Made by a program: the position numbers and the translations under genes. This document shows positions 1 through 9,994 of a stretch of 64,000 bases of DNA, one piece after another. Source of the stretch: a virus; the IMG/VR virus record IMGVR_UViG_3300008107_000019, positions 54,288 through 118,287 of that record, one strand, 5' to 3'. The stretch's first letter is position 1, and the number at the start of each line of letters is the position of its first letter. The notes under the pieces are model-generated. The model saw only the letters and a list, made by a program, of their open reading frames with translations, made no database searches and was not told the origin of the DNA.

Positions 1-2
1 AC

Positions 3-2141
3 GAAAATGGAAACTATAAAATTGACACAGTCTTAAGTAAAATGTCAGTTTCAACTGGGGCAAGTTTTATTAATCCACTTGAAAATATTCAAAGTATTTC
101 TAATACAGATAATAATTATTCACATTATATTACAACAGATACTGGTTTTGATTTATTATTTAATGAAGACAAAAAGGACAACTGGTCCGTTACAGTCAAG
201 GCACCGACTTTATTGACAGCTCAGATGCCACAGCTTTCTAAATACGTAACATACGACACTTCTTTTATCAGGGGTGCCCAGTCCGTAAATGAAGTTAACT
301 TTTATACTCCAATAGAGATGGACTTTATAAGAATAGCGCCCAGTGATGCAAATGGTTTACAGCTTCTTCAGGTTGTTCTAGTTAAAACAGATCCACTTGT
401 TTCTCAAGCTTCTAATTCTGTACAGGGAGAGTATGTTGATTTTCCAGTACTCCATACCCCTCTTCTTTTGAACAAGTCAGTTGATATTGTTTTTGAAAAA
501 TCTAAAGTTAAAAAAATTATATTTATATTCAATCAATCTAAATATATAAGAAGTGAAAATACTCCTATTAAACAAGAAATAAATTCAAAAGTTTTAAGAG
601 ACATTGTTAATAAAAAGAAAAATAATAGAAAAAACAAATCCCAAACACTGCAGGATATAGTCTATTTCTACTTTAATGGAGCTAACTCTTCACTTACTCC
701 AAGAAAAAATACCACTTTATATTCAGATTATTATTCAAATAAGTATCCAAATAGTGAAAACTATAACGAAAAAAACTTTATAGAAAGAATGTATGGATAC
801 TCAGATGAAGAAATCAACGCAAAAGTCTATGATCTGGTTGAAGACAAAAACTCTACTCCAATTGAAAACATCGTGCAAAGCATCGTGCAGCATGCTATAG
901 ATTCTAGAAGTAATATCTTCAATACTAAGATATATAGATCAAGTTCATCTAATGCAAATGAAAATCTTATATCTACCACAAGAACTGATGGATTTATACC
1001 AGTAAAAAATGATGAGGAAACCTATTCTTTAGATTTTCAAAATCAAGATGCGCTTTCACCTGGTCTTTCTTTTGATGATGTTTCAAAATACTTAGAAAAT
1101 AAAGAAATATCTAATTCATATGAATATAGCTTTTCGTTGAGCTCAATTGCTTTTGGGGTAAATACAAACCAAAACCAAAACAAAGCATGCTTTGTCTCAA
1201 AGAAAGTTGAGATGGATGGAGCACCCTTGGGTATTAAGGGTATTGTTAATGTTGTGAGGGAAAGAAGAGACTTGTCTTTTTCTAGATATGATCTTAAAGA
1301 AGCTGGCTCTTACGAGTTAAGTGTCTGTTGGAGTGACGTAATTGATTCAGAAAGATCATGGACGCCATTAATGTCTGAAGTTGACGGAAAGATAGATTCA
1401 GAAGTATTATTCTTTGATGGTCTTAATTTAGCTCAATTAAGATTTTCTCCAAATCCTGCATCAATTAAGATCTATAAAAATGGAATGTTTGAAAATCCAA
1501 ATCTATGGAGCTATTCACAGGTAGGAAACTACATAACATACAATGAGCCAGTTGACAAAAATGCTATCTATGTAGCAGAGTATGAGGTTGACTTAATTAA
1601 CTATAAGCAAAACATTGTAGATATAGACCAAATTTCTAGTTCTAATTTTGCAGTCAGAACCTATGCTGCATCAGGAACTCCTGGAGAAAAGTTTAACGGA
1701 ACTAGTTCTGGAAACAAGATAACACTATCGTATATTCCTTTTATAGAGGACAAGTTTTCAACCGCTGTATATAATAGTTTATATGGTACTATTAACACTA
1801 CTGAAAACATTGGTTACTCTCCAGTTATTGTTACATTAAATAATGGAGATACAGCTGTTAACTTAACTAATTATACAAAAAATAGCTTTGAAAAAGGATC
1901 CTTTTATCAGACAGATCAGTATCTGTTCTTCCAAAACGGTAAAGAGCTTATTTTCAATAAACCAATTGCCGATCAAGTGTCAGTAAAGTATAGTTATATA
2001 CCATCTTCTTTAAGATTTAGATTAATTATAAGAAATAATATTCCAGGTATATATAATGGAATATCAATTGACAATGTTATCTTAAAGTGTAAAGTAAAAA
2101 ATTTAGATCCATTCTCCGAGAAACTTTTAAGGTTAAACTAA
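3..2141 (+). CDS. Large putative virion structural protein, 5'-truncated by the window edge
   Basis: Frame is open from position 3 through the annotated ATG at 42; beta-rich, N/S/Y-rich; first of a run of similar large genes. Function is inferred from context only. Confidence 0.6.
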   Translation, partial: ENGNYKIDTVLSKMSVSTGASFINPLENIQSISNTDNNYSHYITTDTGFDLLFNEDKKDNWSVTVKAPTLLTAQMPQLSKYVTYDTSFIRGAQSVNEVNFYTPIEMDFIRIAPSDANGLQLLQVVLVKTDPLVSQASNSVQGEYVDFPVLHTPLLLNKSVDIVFEKSKVKKIIFIFNQSKYIRSENTPIKQEINSKVLRDIVNKKKNNRKNKSQTLQDIVYFYFNGANSSLTPRKNTTLYSDYYSNKYPNSENYNEKNFIERMYGYSDEEINAKVYDLVEDKNSTPIENIVQSIVQHAIDSRSNIFNTKIYRSSSSNANENLISTTRTDGFIPVKNDEETYSLDFQNQDALSPGLSFDDVSKYLENKEISNSYEYSFSLSSIAFGVNTNQNQNKACFVSKKVEMDGAPLGIKGIVNVVRERRDLSFSRYDLKEAGSYELSVCWSDVIDSERSWTPLMSEVDGKIDSEVLFFDGLNLAQLRFSPNPASIKIYKNGMFENPNLWSYSQVGNYITYNEPVDKNAIYVAEYEVDLINYKQNIVDIDQISSSNFAVRTYAASGTPGEKFNGTSSGNKITLSYIPFIEDKFSTAVYNSLYGTINTTENIGYSPVIVTLNNGDTAVNLTNYTKNSFEKGSFYQTDQYLFFQNGKELIFNKPIADQVSVKYSYIPSSLRFRLIIRNNIPGIYNGISIDNVILKCKVKNLDPFSEKLLRLN

Positions 2142-2142
2142 A

Positions 2143-4384
2143 ATGACTCAATTATCCACAAATACTGTTGTATATGATCAAATAATTTCAAAAGTTTCTA
2201 AGTTTATAATTGATTATAGAGAAAATAAATTTCCAACAAATAAGAAGTTGTTAGAAGAGTATCAAAATCTAATCTCATTTCTAAATCAAAGAGTTTCGCG
2301 GACCAATGACAGAGTTTGTTCCCTACATAAAAGGGGAACCGCCTATTTCAGAAAAGTTTAATAACTTTACATTTAACTATTCAAATGACATAAACGTTAT
2401 CGCAAAGCAGTTGGACTACATATCTGCTGGAATAGTTAATTCATTTAACTTATTTACTTCCGAAATAGAACAGGAAAATAAGTTTATTAATAGAATTAAA
2501 AGTAAAGTAAAAGTTTTGCAGATGTACTCCAGTGGTCCTTCAAATGATCTTTACTATTTTGGAAATTCTTTTGATAGTTCTGACTATATTGATTTTTCAA
2601 AGATTCAAAATTCCACACTGATGCCACTTATTGAAAGTGGACAAATGTCATTATCTATTGGCCAAGTTAAAAACTGGATGCCAAAGTATGTATCCATAGA
2701 AGATGAGTCAAATGGGTACCCAGGAAATAATCATGAAGCTTATAGATATAGCGAAACAGATTCTGATTACAGATACTTCTTTAAGGACAATCCTACATCT
2801 AGAAACAAAGAAAATGTAAGAGATAATAATCCAACTACATTCTTTGAATATGAACAAGTAAACATAAAGAACAAACCTACAACAGCAAAAGATTTTGAAT
2901 TTAAGTATTTGACATCCACAAGTGGATCAACAACAACTACCTATCAAGATTGGTCTTCTTTTTCTGGGTCAAAACTAGTTCTAGCAATGTCAATGGAATC
3001 AGATTATGCTCAGCCTGCAAACTTTGTTAATGTAATTCCTTATTTTGGAAGTGGAAACTTTATATCAAAAGACATAATGGTTTCTAAAATAGAAGTTACT
3101 GATGAAAAAAATTCCGTAGAGAATGTTATATCAAGTCCAATATGGATTAGCTCTAGTTTTATTCCTTCATCTTTAGATAAAGCAAAGTATTTCTATTACA
3201 GGGAAGCAAAGATAAGGTTTGAGGAAAGAAACGTTAAAAAAATAAAGATTGTATTTGAACAGTATGAGTCTGTTGATACAAAAATAAAACACTTATATTA
3301 CAAACCAGATTCTCAGACAGTTGCTGGAAACCCATATTATGGGCAAACAAGATTTGATCCAGATAATCCTTCTGTTGTTCAAGATCTTTTGTATCCAGAA
3401 ATACCTTGGTCATCTAAAATATACGATACAAAAGCTCTAGTGCCAAACGTTAATTCTCCAAATTCATTGAAGGCAGAGGTTAATAATACAAACTCTATTG
3501 ATGTAAGGCTTCAAAGAGAAATCCCAAACTCAAGAGGTTATTGCGTTGTAGCTAGAGGTTTGGACGGAAGAACTTATAGAATAACAAATAGATTTTTTAA
3601 TAATTTTAGTCAGATTACATTCAGACTACCAAATTATAGTCAAATAAATGACACAAATAGAGCCACATATATATCCGATGCTAATGTTGTCAGTAGCTCT
3701 AGAGCTGATTCCTCGCCATATATTACGTCTGATGCAACAGATGAGCTTGCGGGATTGGTGGATTCAATTGTCACTTGGTTTAATACCACAAATGCAGATG
3801 GAACAAAAGCGCAAAAATACGCCAAGTTTGGCCTCAATGAGTCTTTTAGTGTTAGAAAAGAAATAACAAATAGTTACGACACAAAAACAGAAACAAGAAA
3901 CTATAAAGTTAATTTAGTTAGACAATATCAAATCCTCGATGCAGAAAGAAAAGCTATAGGACTTAGAGATGTATCTGTAGGCCTAGAGACTTACGCTGAT
4001 GCTGCTCAAGTTGTATCTAGAAGATACGATGTTCCATCTGAAATAGAATACTTAACGATTTCTGCAGAGTCTTCTTTTTCCGGTTTAATTAGTGCAGATA
4101 TAAATGAATATATAACATACAGTGTTTCTTTTGATGATGGAGTAAACTGGGTTCCAATATCTTCTATTGAAAGTCCATTTAATAACACTCCAGAGGTTTT
4201 GGCAATTAATCAAAATATAGAAGAAAGATTTAGACTACCAGGTGTAAGCTATTTATTCCCACCAAAAATACCATCATCAGTAAAGAATTTTATTGTTAAA
4301 ATAGATATGAAGAAACCATCTTCAAAGAATGTTACTCCAATATTATATTCCTATAAGGTAGGCGTAAAGGTTAAGCAAGTATGA
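2143..4384 (+). CDS. Putative virion structural protein (~746 aa), joined across a +1 shift at CGGA 2299-2302
   Basis: ORF 2143 reaches in-frame CGG at codon 53; CGGA read as Gly gives ...NQRVS-G-PMTEFVPY, in frame with ORF 2306..4384. Fused size resembles neighbour 4381..6540. Confidence 0.75.
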
Positions 4385-6540
4385 GCATTTCAGAAATACA
4401 AAAAAGAAAATTCTTAGAGAACCTATATAGATATCTCTACTCAGGTGGGGTTTCCGAGTCTAGCAACTCTTACAGGCAGCCAAATGATGACGAAATAAAA
4501 AAAGAGTTTGACAACTATTTTTCCGTTAACAGAATAGGTCTTCCATTAAGGAATGACATTAACCTATTTAGAAATACACCAACAACAGATCCTGACCTAA
4601 TGAACAACTACATGGCAAGATCTATATTTAACCTAGATGTATTATATGATTCAATAGATGATAATACAGAAAAGTTGATGGATTCTATATCTTTCTTAAA
4701 TAAAAGAATAGATTTTTTAAAGCAAAAAAGAGTTGACCTTGAGAAAAAGATAGATTCTATTTTATTTTCAATGTCAAATACTGATGGTTTCTTCTATTCT
4801 TTTTCAGAGTCATTTGTTAATCTAAATAATGTTGATTTGTCATTCTCAAACGCTTTCGTAGATACAGAAAACAAAAAAGCAACTCTACCTAAGTTAAAGT
4901 CAAACGTTCTAGATTTTAATGCTCCAGGAAAAATTAACTATTCAAATGTAAAATATAAGATAATGTTTAACGGTAATGCAGCTGTAGATGACAAGCAGAT
5001 GCCAGATGTCAACAACATGTTTGACGGACTCAATAACACAATGTCAAGCGTTGAGTTCAGCTCTGATGTCATTGGTCCATGCGCTTTGGTATTAAATATT
5101 CCTTTAGATGTTCCTTTTGTTGTTTCAAAAATAGACGGAAGACTGTCAACTAGTTCAGCTGTTACAACTATAGTTGAACTAATAAATCCACAAAATATTA
5201 ATTCTTCTCAATTTAGAAGAAAGCAGTCTAACCTAGATTATGATAGATTCTCTTTTGATTTCAACCCACAGCTATCGGGTGTAGTTAGAATTACAATTAT
5301 TAAATACGAACCAGACTATATAGATCAAAACAGCGGTAGAAATAAATATAAATACAACTTTACAATAAGAGACTTGATTGTAAGTGGTCAATACTATGAT
5401 GCAAACGCTACATTAATCAGCTCCCCTATTTCAATTCCAGCAGGTGATGACAATAAAATAATTGACTCTGTTAGCATTGAAGCTGCTAATGATAACCCAG
5501 AAGTTGGAAATATTAATTTCTTTATTGCAAGAGATGTAGAAGGTGCAAGTTCAATTTCTGACTTTAACTGGATACCAATATCATCTTCTACTGAAAATAC
5601 AGCAGCATATGATCAAGTAATTTCTTTTTCTAAATCAAATAAAATATTTAGAAGCATTAAATCAACACCATCTTCAAATGATCTAAAACTCTATCCCCAA
5701 TCTACTGATTCTAATTTGTCTCTAAAAAATCCATCAAGTTCTATCTACAATGGGATTTCTGTTTATAGAGTGGCAAAATTAAATGAACAAGAATCTCCAT
5801 ATAATTCATATATTCTAGATTCAGTTAATGCGTTTAGCTTTAAATACACATCTTACTCAAGTGGTCTTTACTTGGATACTACTAAGTGGTCTTCTATTAT
5901 AAATAAAACACTTGAAAATGTTCAGGTTTTTGAGCCAGGAAACATACCAATTACAAATACTCCATCGATACCAATCTCGCTCAATCTAACTGGAATAAGT
6001 GGATTTCTTCAGTCATCTATTTTGGTAGATGAAGATACAGAAGTAATCAACTTTATATCAAAATCTGACACATCTGTGGACTGGGATTTAGCTGTTTACT
6101 TAAACGGTACACTGCTTGTAGATATGCCAGCAGGAGTTTCTAGAAAAGAAGTTTCCTGGTCATTCAAGAAGGGCGTAAATAATATTACGATTACATTTGA
6201 TGCAGCGGGGACTTCTTCTGGCTCTATATCTTTAATGAGCGGTGTTTCTATTTCTACATACGGAGTGCCTTTTATTAAATATTATTCATATGTAGATCCT
6301 TTTGACTTTAGAGTCAATAGAAATGAAAACGATGCGGTGTTTACAATTGATAACTACTTAGGAAATAATGAAATACTATGTAGGTCTTTAATTAATGATA
6401 ACTCTAGAATTGTTTTCCAGAGTAATTCAATTGATCCAGTTAAAGCAATAAGATTTAGAGCTGATTTTTCAAGATTCTCAAATCCATTTGGTACGCCTTC
6501 ATTGGGTTCTTTTAGAATTAAATTTAAAAATAGTATTTAG
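4381..6540 (+). CDS. Putative virion structural protein (719 aa)
   Basis: Long ORF overlapping the previous stop; N-terminal coiled coil then beta-rich region, same layout as its neighbours. Confidence 0.6.
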   Translation: MSISEIQKRKFLENLYRYLYSGGVSESSNSYRQPNDDEIKKEFDNYFSVNRIGLPLRNDINLFRNTPTTDPDLMNNYMARSIFNLDVLYDSIDDNTEKLMDSISFLNKRIDFLKQKRVDLEKKIDSILFSMSNTDGFFYSFSESFVNLNNVDLSFSNAFVDTENKKATLPKLKSNVLDFNAPGKINYSNVKYKIMFNGNAAVDDKQMPDVNNMFDGLNNTMSSVEFSSDVIGPCALVLNIPLDVPFVVSKIDGRLSTSSAVTTIVELINPQNINSSQFRRKQSNLDYDRFSFDFNPQLSGVVRITIIKYEPDYIDQNSGRNKYKYNFTIRDLIVSGQYYDANATLISSPISIPAGDDNKIIDSVSIEAANDNPEVGNINFFIARDVEGASSISDFNWIPISSSTENTAAYDQVISFSKSNKIFRSIKSTPSSNDLKLYPQSTDSNLSLKNPSSSIYNGISVYRVAKLNEQESPYNSYILDSVNAFSFKYTSYSSGLYLDTTKWSSIINKTLENVQVFEPGNIPITNTPSIPISLNLTGISGFLQSSILVDEDTEVINFISKSDTSVDWDLAVYLNGTLLVDMPAGVSRKEVSWSFKKGVNNITITFDAAGTSSGSISLMSGVSISTYGVPFIKYYSYVDPFDFRVNRNENDAVFTIDNYLGNNEILCRSLINDNSRIVFQSNSIDPVKAIRFRADFSRFSNPFGTPSLGSFRIKFKNSI

Positions 6541-6549
6541 GATTTTATT

Positions 6550-6951
6550 ATGGCAAAAGTTTATTTCGAAAGAAAAAGAATAATACAGCCTCTGTATCAG
6601 AGATTTCGTAGCACCTTCAGGGGGCCCAGAAAATCCGAATATGAGAACCTGGAAATGAATAAAATTCTCATCGACATGCATAGGTTGGACGGGTACATAC
6701 AAGGTATAGACGAGCAGATCTATGAGCAGCAGAGAATCTTTGTTGGTCAATTGGACCCAGAAAAGGTTCAAATACATGAGGAATATAACGATGGAAAGTA
6801 CTATATATTTGACGATGTTCAGATTGAGTACTATAGCGATTCTGCTACTCCAGACTATTTAGAAATAGATACATCAGATACAATTGCATCAAAAATGACT
6901 AGACTGTCTAGAAAAATTAAAATGCTAGAAAAAAGAAGGCTAAACGGATAA
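6550..6951 (+). CDS. Hypothetical protein (133 aa)
   Basis: ORF with AGGA SD in tight operon spacing. Confidence 0.7.
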   Translation: MAKVYFERKRIIQPLYQRFRSTFRGPRKSEYENLEMNKILIDMHRLDGYIQGIDEQIYEQQRIFVGQLDPEKVQIHEEYNDGKYYIFDDVQIEYYSDSATPDYLEIDTSDTIASKMTRLSRKIKMLEKRRLNG

Positions 6952-6952
6952 A

Positions 6953-8206
6953 ATGTCTGAATTTATATACACACAAAAAAGAACGAGACAATACAATGGC
7001 CCAGTAGACAGCGCTGACCATAATGAAAGAATTGAAGAGAATTATAAGGATTTAGTTTATTTATACAATAAGTATAATGTAACTGACCAAAAGCTTTCTG
7101 AGGCATTTCAAAGGGTCTTAAAGGATCATATTTTTATTAATCAGTATATTAAAGATATGGACGATAGAATTAAGGCTCTTGAATCAAATGATGATTTAAT
7201 ATCTATCCACAGCTATTCTCAAATAGATAACTCCGCTATACCAGACGGCGAGTTTGCCATGCAGGGCGACGAGGTTCTTTCCTATGATCCTATTTACAAT
7301 ATAGTCACACTTCCAAAAATAGACGGTGCATCACACTCAAAATTAAAGTTCTTTACTGGTACAGATGGTCAGATAATTCCAAACTTTTTTGAAACAAAGA
7401 TATCAAATACACTGCCTGGAGTCGATGTTCAGGGAGCCATTATAGATGGAACAAACGTCTATAATTCAATATTGGATAGATCTGACAAATACTGGAAGCG
7501 TAGCATTATCACAGATACTACATCGCCCTACGGTGCTCAGATGTTTTTGTATGTTAAAGTTCCACTTGAATACACTGGCTCAAAGAAGACTAACTTTATA
7601 AAATTAAATCCTTTTCCACTCTTTGGCGTAGATATTTTGTCCATAGAGTACACCACAATAACAAATCCTACAATGACAGAGTACGATACTTGGTATCCTT
7701 TGAATAGAGATAGGTTATATGACGGTAACACAGATGCTGTAGGAAAGGTTCCACCTGGAGCTTGGACGACAGCTGGTTCTGATTACATTTTAAATTCTGG
7801 TCCAATAGGTTTTTATTTCCAGGATTTAGAAATAACAGCTTTCAGAATAGCTATGAGACAAAAGAACTATCTGATTGAAAATAATAAAAAAGTATATACT
7901 TATGGTCTAAGCGACATGGACATCAGATATGATAAATTTTTGCCATCTGGTAGAATGATATTTAAATTTGACGCTCCAGAAGGGGATACAATATCTTCTA
8001 TTACAAACGTCACACCAAAGATCTACAATGTATCACCCTCTCTTTTGTCTCAAGCTTTTAGCTATAGAGTAATCTATAGAGATGGTTCAATATACACCCT
8101 TGAAAACCCTGGTTCCTCTAATTCCGTATGGATTGAGGTTACACTAAATCAGCTTTCTGACGGCACTGCTCCAGTTTTGTCTGATTTAGTCGTGAATTAT
8201 AACTAA
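6953..8206 (+). CDS. Putative virion structural protein (417 aa)
   Basis: Operonic ORF; coiled-coil N-terminus and beta-rich C-terminus like upstream genes. Confidence 0.55.
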   Translation: MSEFIYTQKRTRQYNGPVDSADHNERIEENYKDLVYLYNKYNVTDQKLSEAFQRVLKDHIFINQYIKDMDDRIKALESNDDLISIHSYSQIDNSAIPDGEFAMQGDEVLSYDPIYNIVTLPKIDGASHSKLKFFTGTDGQIIPNFFETKISNTLPGVDVQGAIIDGTNVYNSILDRSDKYWKRSIITDTTSPYGAQMFLYVKVPLEYTGSKKTNFIKLNPFPLFGVDILSIEYTTITNPTMTEYDTWYPLNRDRLYDGNTDAVGKVPPGAWTTAGSDYILNSGPIGFYFQDLEITAFRIAMRQKNYLIENNKKVYTYGLSDMDIRYDKFLPSGRMIFKFDAPEGDTISSITNVTPKIYNVSPSLLSQAFSYRVIYRDGSIYTLENPGSSNSVWIEVTLNQLSDGTAPVLSDLVVNYN

Positions 8207-8224
8207 AGATAAACATATTCATAA

Positions 8225-8232
8225 TTACTATA
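8225..8232 (+). promoter_or_regulatory. TTACTATA motif, putative phage-specific (late) promoter element
   Basis: Same motif recurs just upstream of genes at 33387, 34158 (TTACTATG), 38445, 39133, 43633, 50540, 54294, and on the minus strand at 50552 (TTACTATT) and 62902. Confidence 0.6.
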
Positions 8233-8263
8233 TAAGCTTAAGAGCTTATCCAAGGAGACTAAA

Positions 8264-8890
8264 ATGGCTACTTTTTACGTAGGACCCCGTCCTGTACTTA
8301 AGGGTCAAAACACTGCACAGATGGTTAATCCATATACCACAATGACCGGCAAGGCCAAAGGTGCAGGGACCTATTCGTACTATCCACTTTACAGCACAAG
8401 CCATGTTCTAGATGGTGCGCCAGATAATGACCACACCCCTGGTACTGGATACCATCCTGGCAATGTGTTACTTTCGCAAATTTTTAACGGCACTAGCCTT
8501 TATATTCACCCACTCGCTGGGACATTCCCAGACGGTACTGCAACATATGATGGTGCAAGATTCCGTCCAATGGAGTACAAAGGTTTAGCTGGTGCAGCAG
8601 CCTTCCCAAGCGGTTTTGGTCACGCAGACAGAACAAGCGATTACAGCTACAATAACTACATATTTGATGGTGTTAGCTCAGCTAATGTTTTTGCTAATAC
8701 AGGTCACGCTCCAAGAACAGATGCACAGGGAGCACCAGCTTCATTTGGATCTTTCAGACCAGACGAGTATAATGGTCTTGCTAGTGCAAAAGTTTTTACA
8801 GATGGCTACGGTCAAGCAAACGTAACGGGTGATTATGGTAGAGAGAAAGTGCAAGAGTGGTACGGAGTACCATCTGCAAAAGCTCTCTAA
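8264..8890 (+). CDS. Gly-rich hypothetical protein, possibly virion-associated
   Basis: Strong AAGGAG SD, preceded by TTACTATA; short internal repeats (FRPxEY.GLA.A). Confidence 0.7.
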   Translation: MATFYVGPRPVLKGQNTAQMVNPYTTMTGKAKGAGTYSYYPLYSTSHVLDGAPDNDHTPGTGYHPGNVLLSQIFNGTSLYIHPLAGTFPDGTATYDGARFRPMEYKGLAGAAAFPSGFGHADRTSDYSYNNYIFDGVSSANVFANTGHAPRTDAQGAPASFGSFRPDEYNGLASAKVFTDGYGQANVTGDYGREKVQEWYGVPSAKAL

Positions 8891-9143
8891 TTATTTTAGC
8901 TCTCCTGTTGAGCTAGAAAAAGATTCTAGAACAACAGGTTTAATTGGATGGGCAATACTGGCGTCTTTTGTGGTCGCTTATGATATTTATGCAATAAAAA
9001 GCAGGAAAGCTGAAACGCTAACAAGAAGTTTTTGGAGGCTTTCTGAGAATAAAATCTCAAAGTTTCCTGTTCTTGCAGCGTGGGTAATAATAACATTTCA
9101 CCTTATGCTGGAAAAAGATGTAAGAAGAAGAATAACTAAATAG
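8829..9143 (+). CDS. Small two-TM membrane protein (start uncertain)
   Basis: Hydrophobic segments GLIGWAILASFVVAYDIYAI and FPVLAAWVIITFHLML. Confidence 0.55.
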   Translation: MIMVERKCKSGTEYHLQKLSNYFSSPVELEKDSRTTGLIGWAILASFVVAYDIYAIKSRKAETLTRSFWRLSENKISKFPVLAAWVIITFHLMLEKDVRRRITK

Positions 9144-9205
9144 CCTTCATATATATATTATCGGACTTACGGTGGTATACTATTGTAGGCGGATGAATAG
9201 AAATT

Positions 9206-9228
9206 CCCGCTCTTATGAGCGGGTTTTT
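9206..9228 (+). terminator. Intrinsic terminator
   Basis: CCCGCTC-TTAT-GAGCGGG followed by TTTTT. Confidence 0.8.
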
Positions 9229-9286
9229 CTCTTTTATAAGCGCTTTTATAGGTTTGAGCAAGTTTAAGTAGAGGTATAAGGGTTAT

Positions 9287-9994
9287 ATGTTAATCGAAGA
9301 TCTGCAGAAGGTTGTTGACGGCGAATCGCTTCCGACCAATGTTGCAGACATGTACTTAAAAATATATGTGTCTGACATAGACTGGAAGCCTCACATTGCA
9401 AAGCACTGGTCTAATACAAAGAATAAAATGTCAGAAGAAGATACAGCTAAAGCACACATAAGAAAATCTATTGCTTGTGCTAGCTTGATTCCAGTATATG
9501 ACAAAAAAATTATTCCTGATCCACCACAAAACTTATTATTCTGGTGTCCTACTTGGTCTCAGTTTAATGAGAGAGATTGGATTGAGTTGTATAAAAGAGT
9601 TGTCGAAGACGATATAAAAATCAGAAATCATAGGAAGAAACTTTTGTCTTATGGTGTTATAGATTCAATCGACTATTTACCGCTTACTAGACAAGCTTTT
9701 AACTGGCTTTATATGAAAGCTGAAGAAACCAGTGCGGTTACAAAAAACAAAGAAGATCTAATTAAAAAGTTTGAAAACTTAGTTAAAATATACGGTGGCG
9801 CAGTTATCTGTAATGTTTTTTCTAAGCATGAAAACAATATAGCAAAAGTACTTAATTGGAGAAGTGGATATTTTATAGAGAAAGAAATATATAAAATATA
9901 CACACCAGAACAAATAAGCAAAATAAAGCAAACGGAAATATCTAAAATAGATCCGAAATACGTAAAGAAACTAACTAAAAACAAGGAGTCATGA
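9287..9994 (+). CDS. Hypothetical protein (235 aa)
   Basis: Long ORF whose stop overlaps the RNR start. Confidence 0.75.
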   Translation: MLIEDLQKVVDGESLPTNVADMYLKIYVSDIDWKPHIAKHWSNTKNKMSEEDTAKAHIRKSIACASLIPVYDKKIIPDPPQNLLFWCPTWSQFNERDWIELYKRVVEDDIKIRNHRKKLLSYGVIDSIDYLPLTRQAFNWLYMKAEETSAVTKNKEDLIKKFENLVKIYGGAVICNVFSKHENNIAKVLNWRSGYFIEKEIYKIYTPEQISKIKQTEISKIDPKYVKKLTKNKES

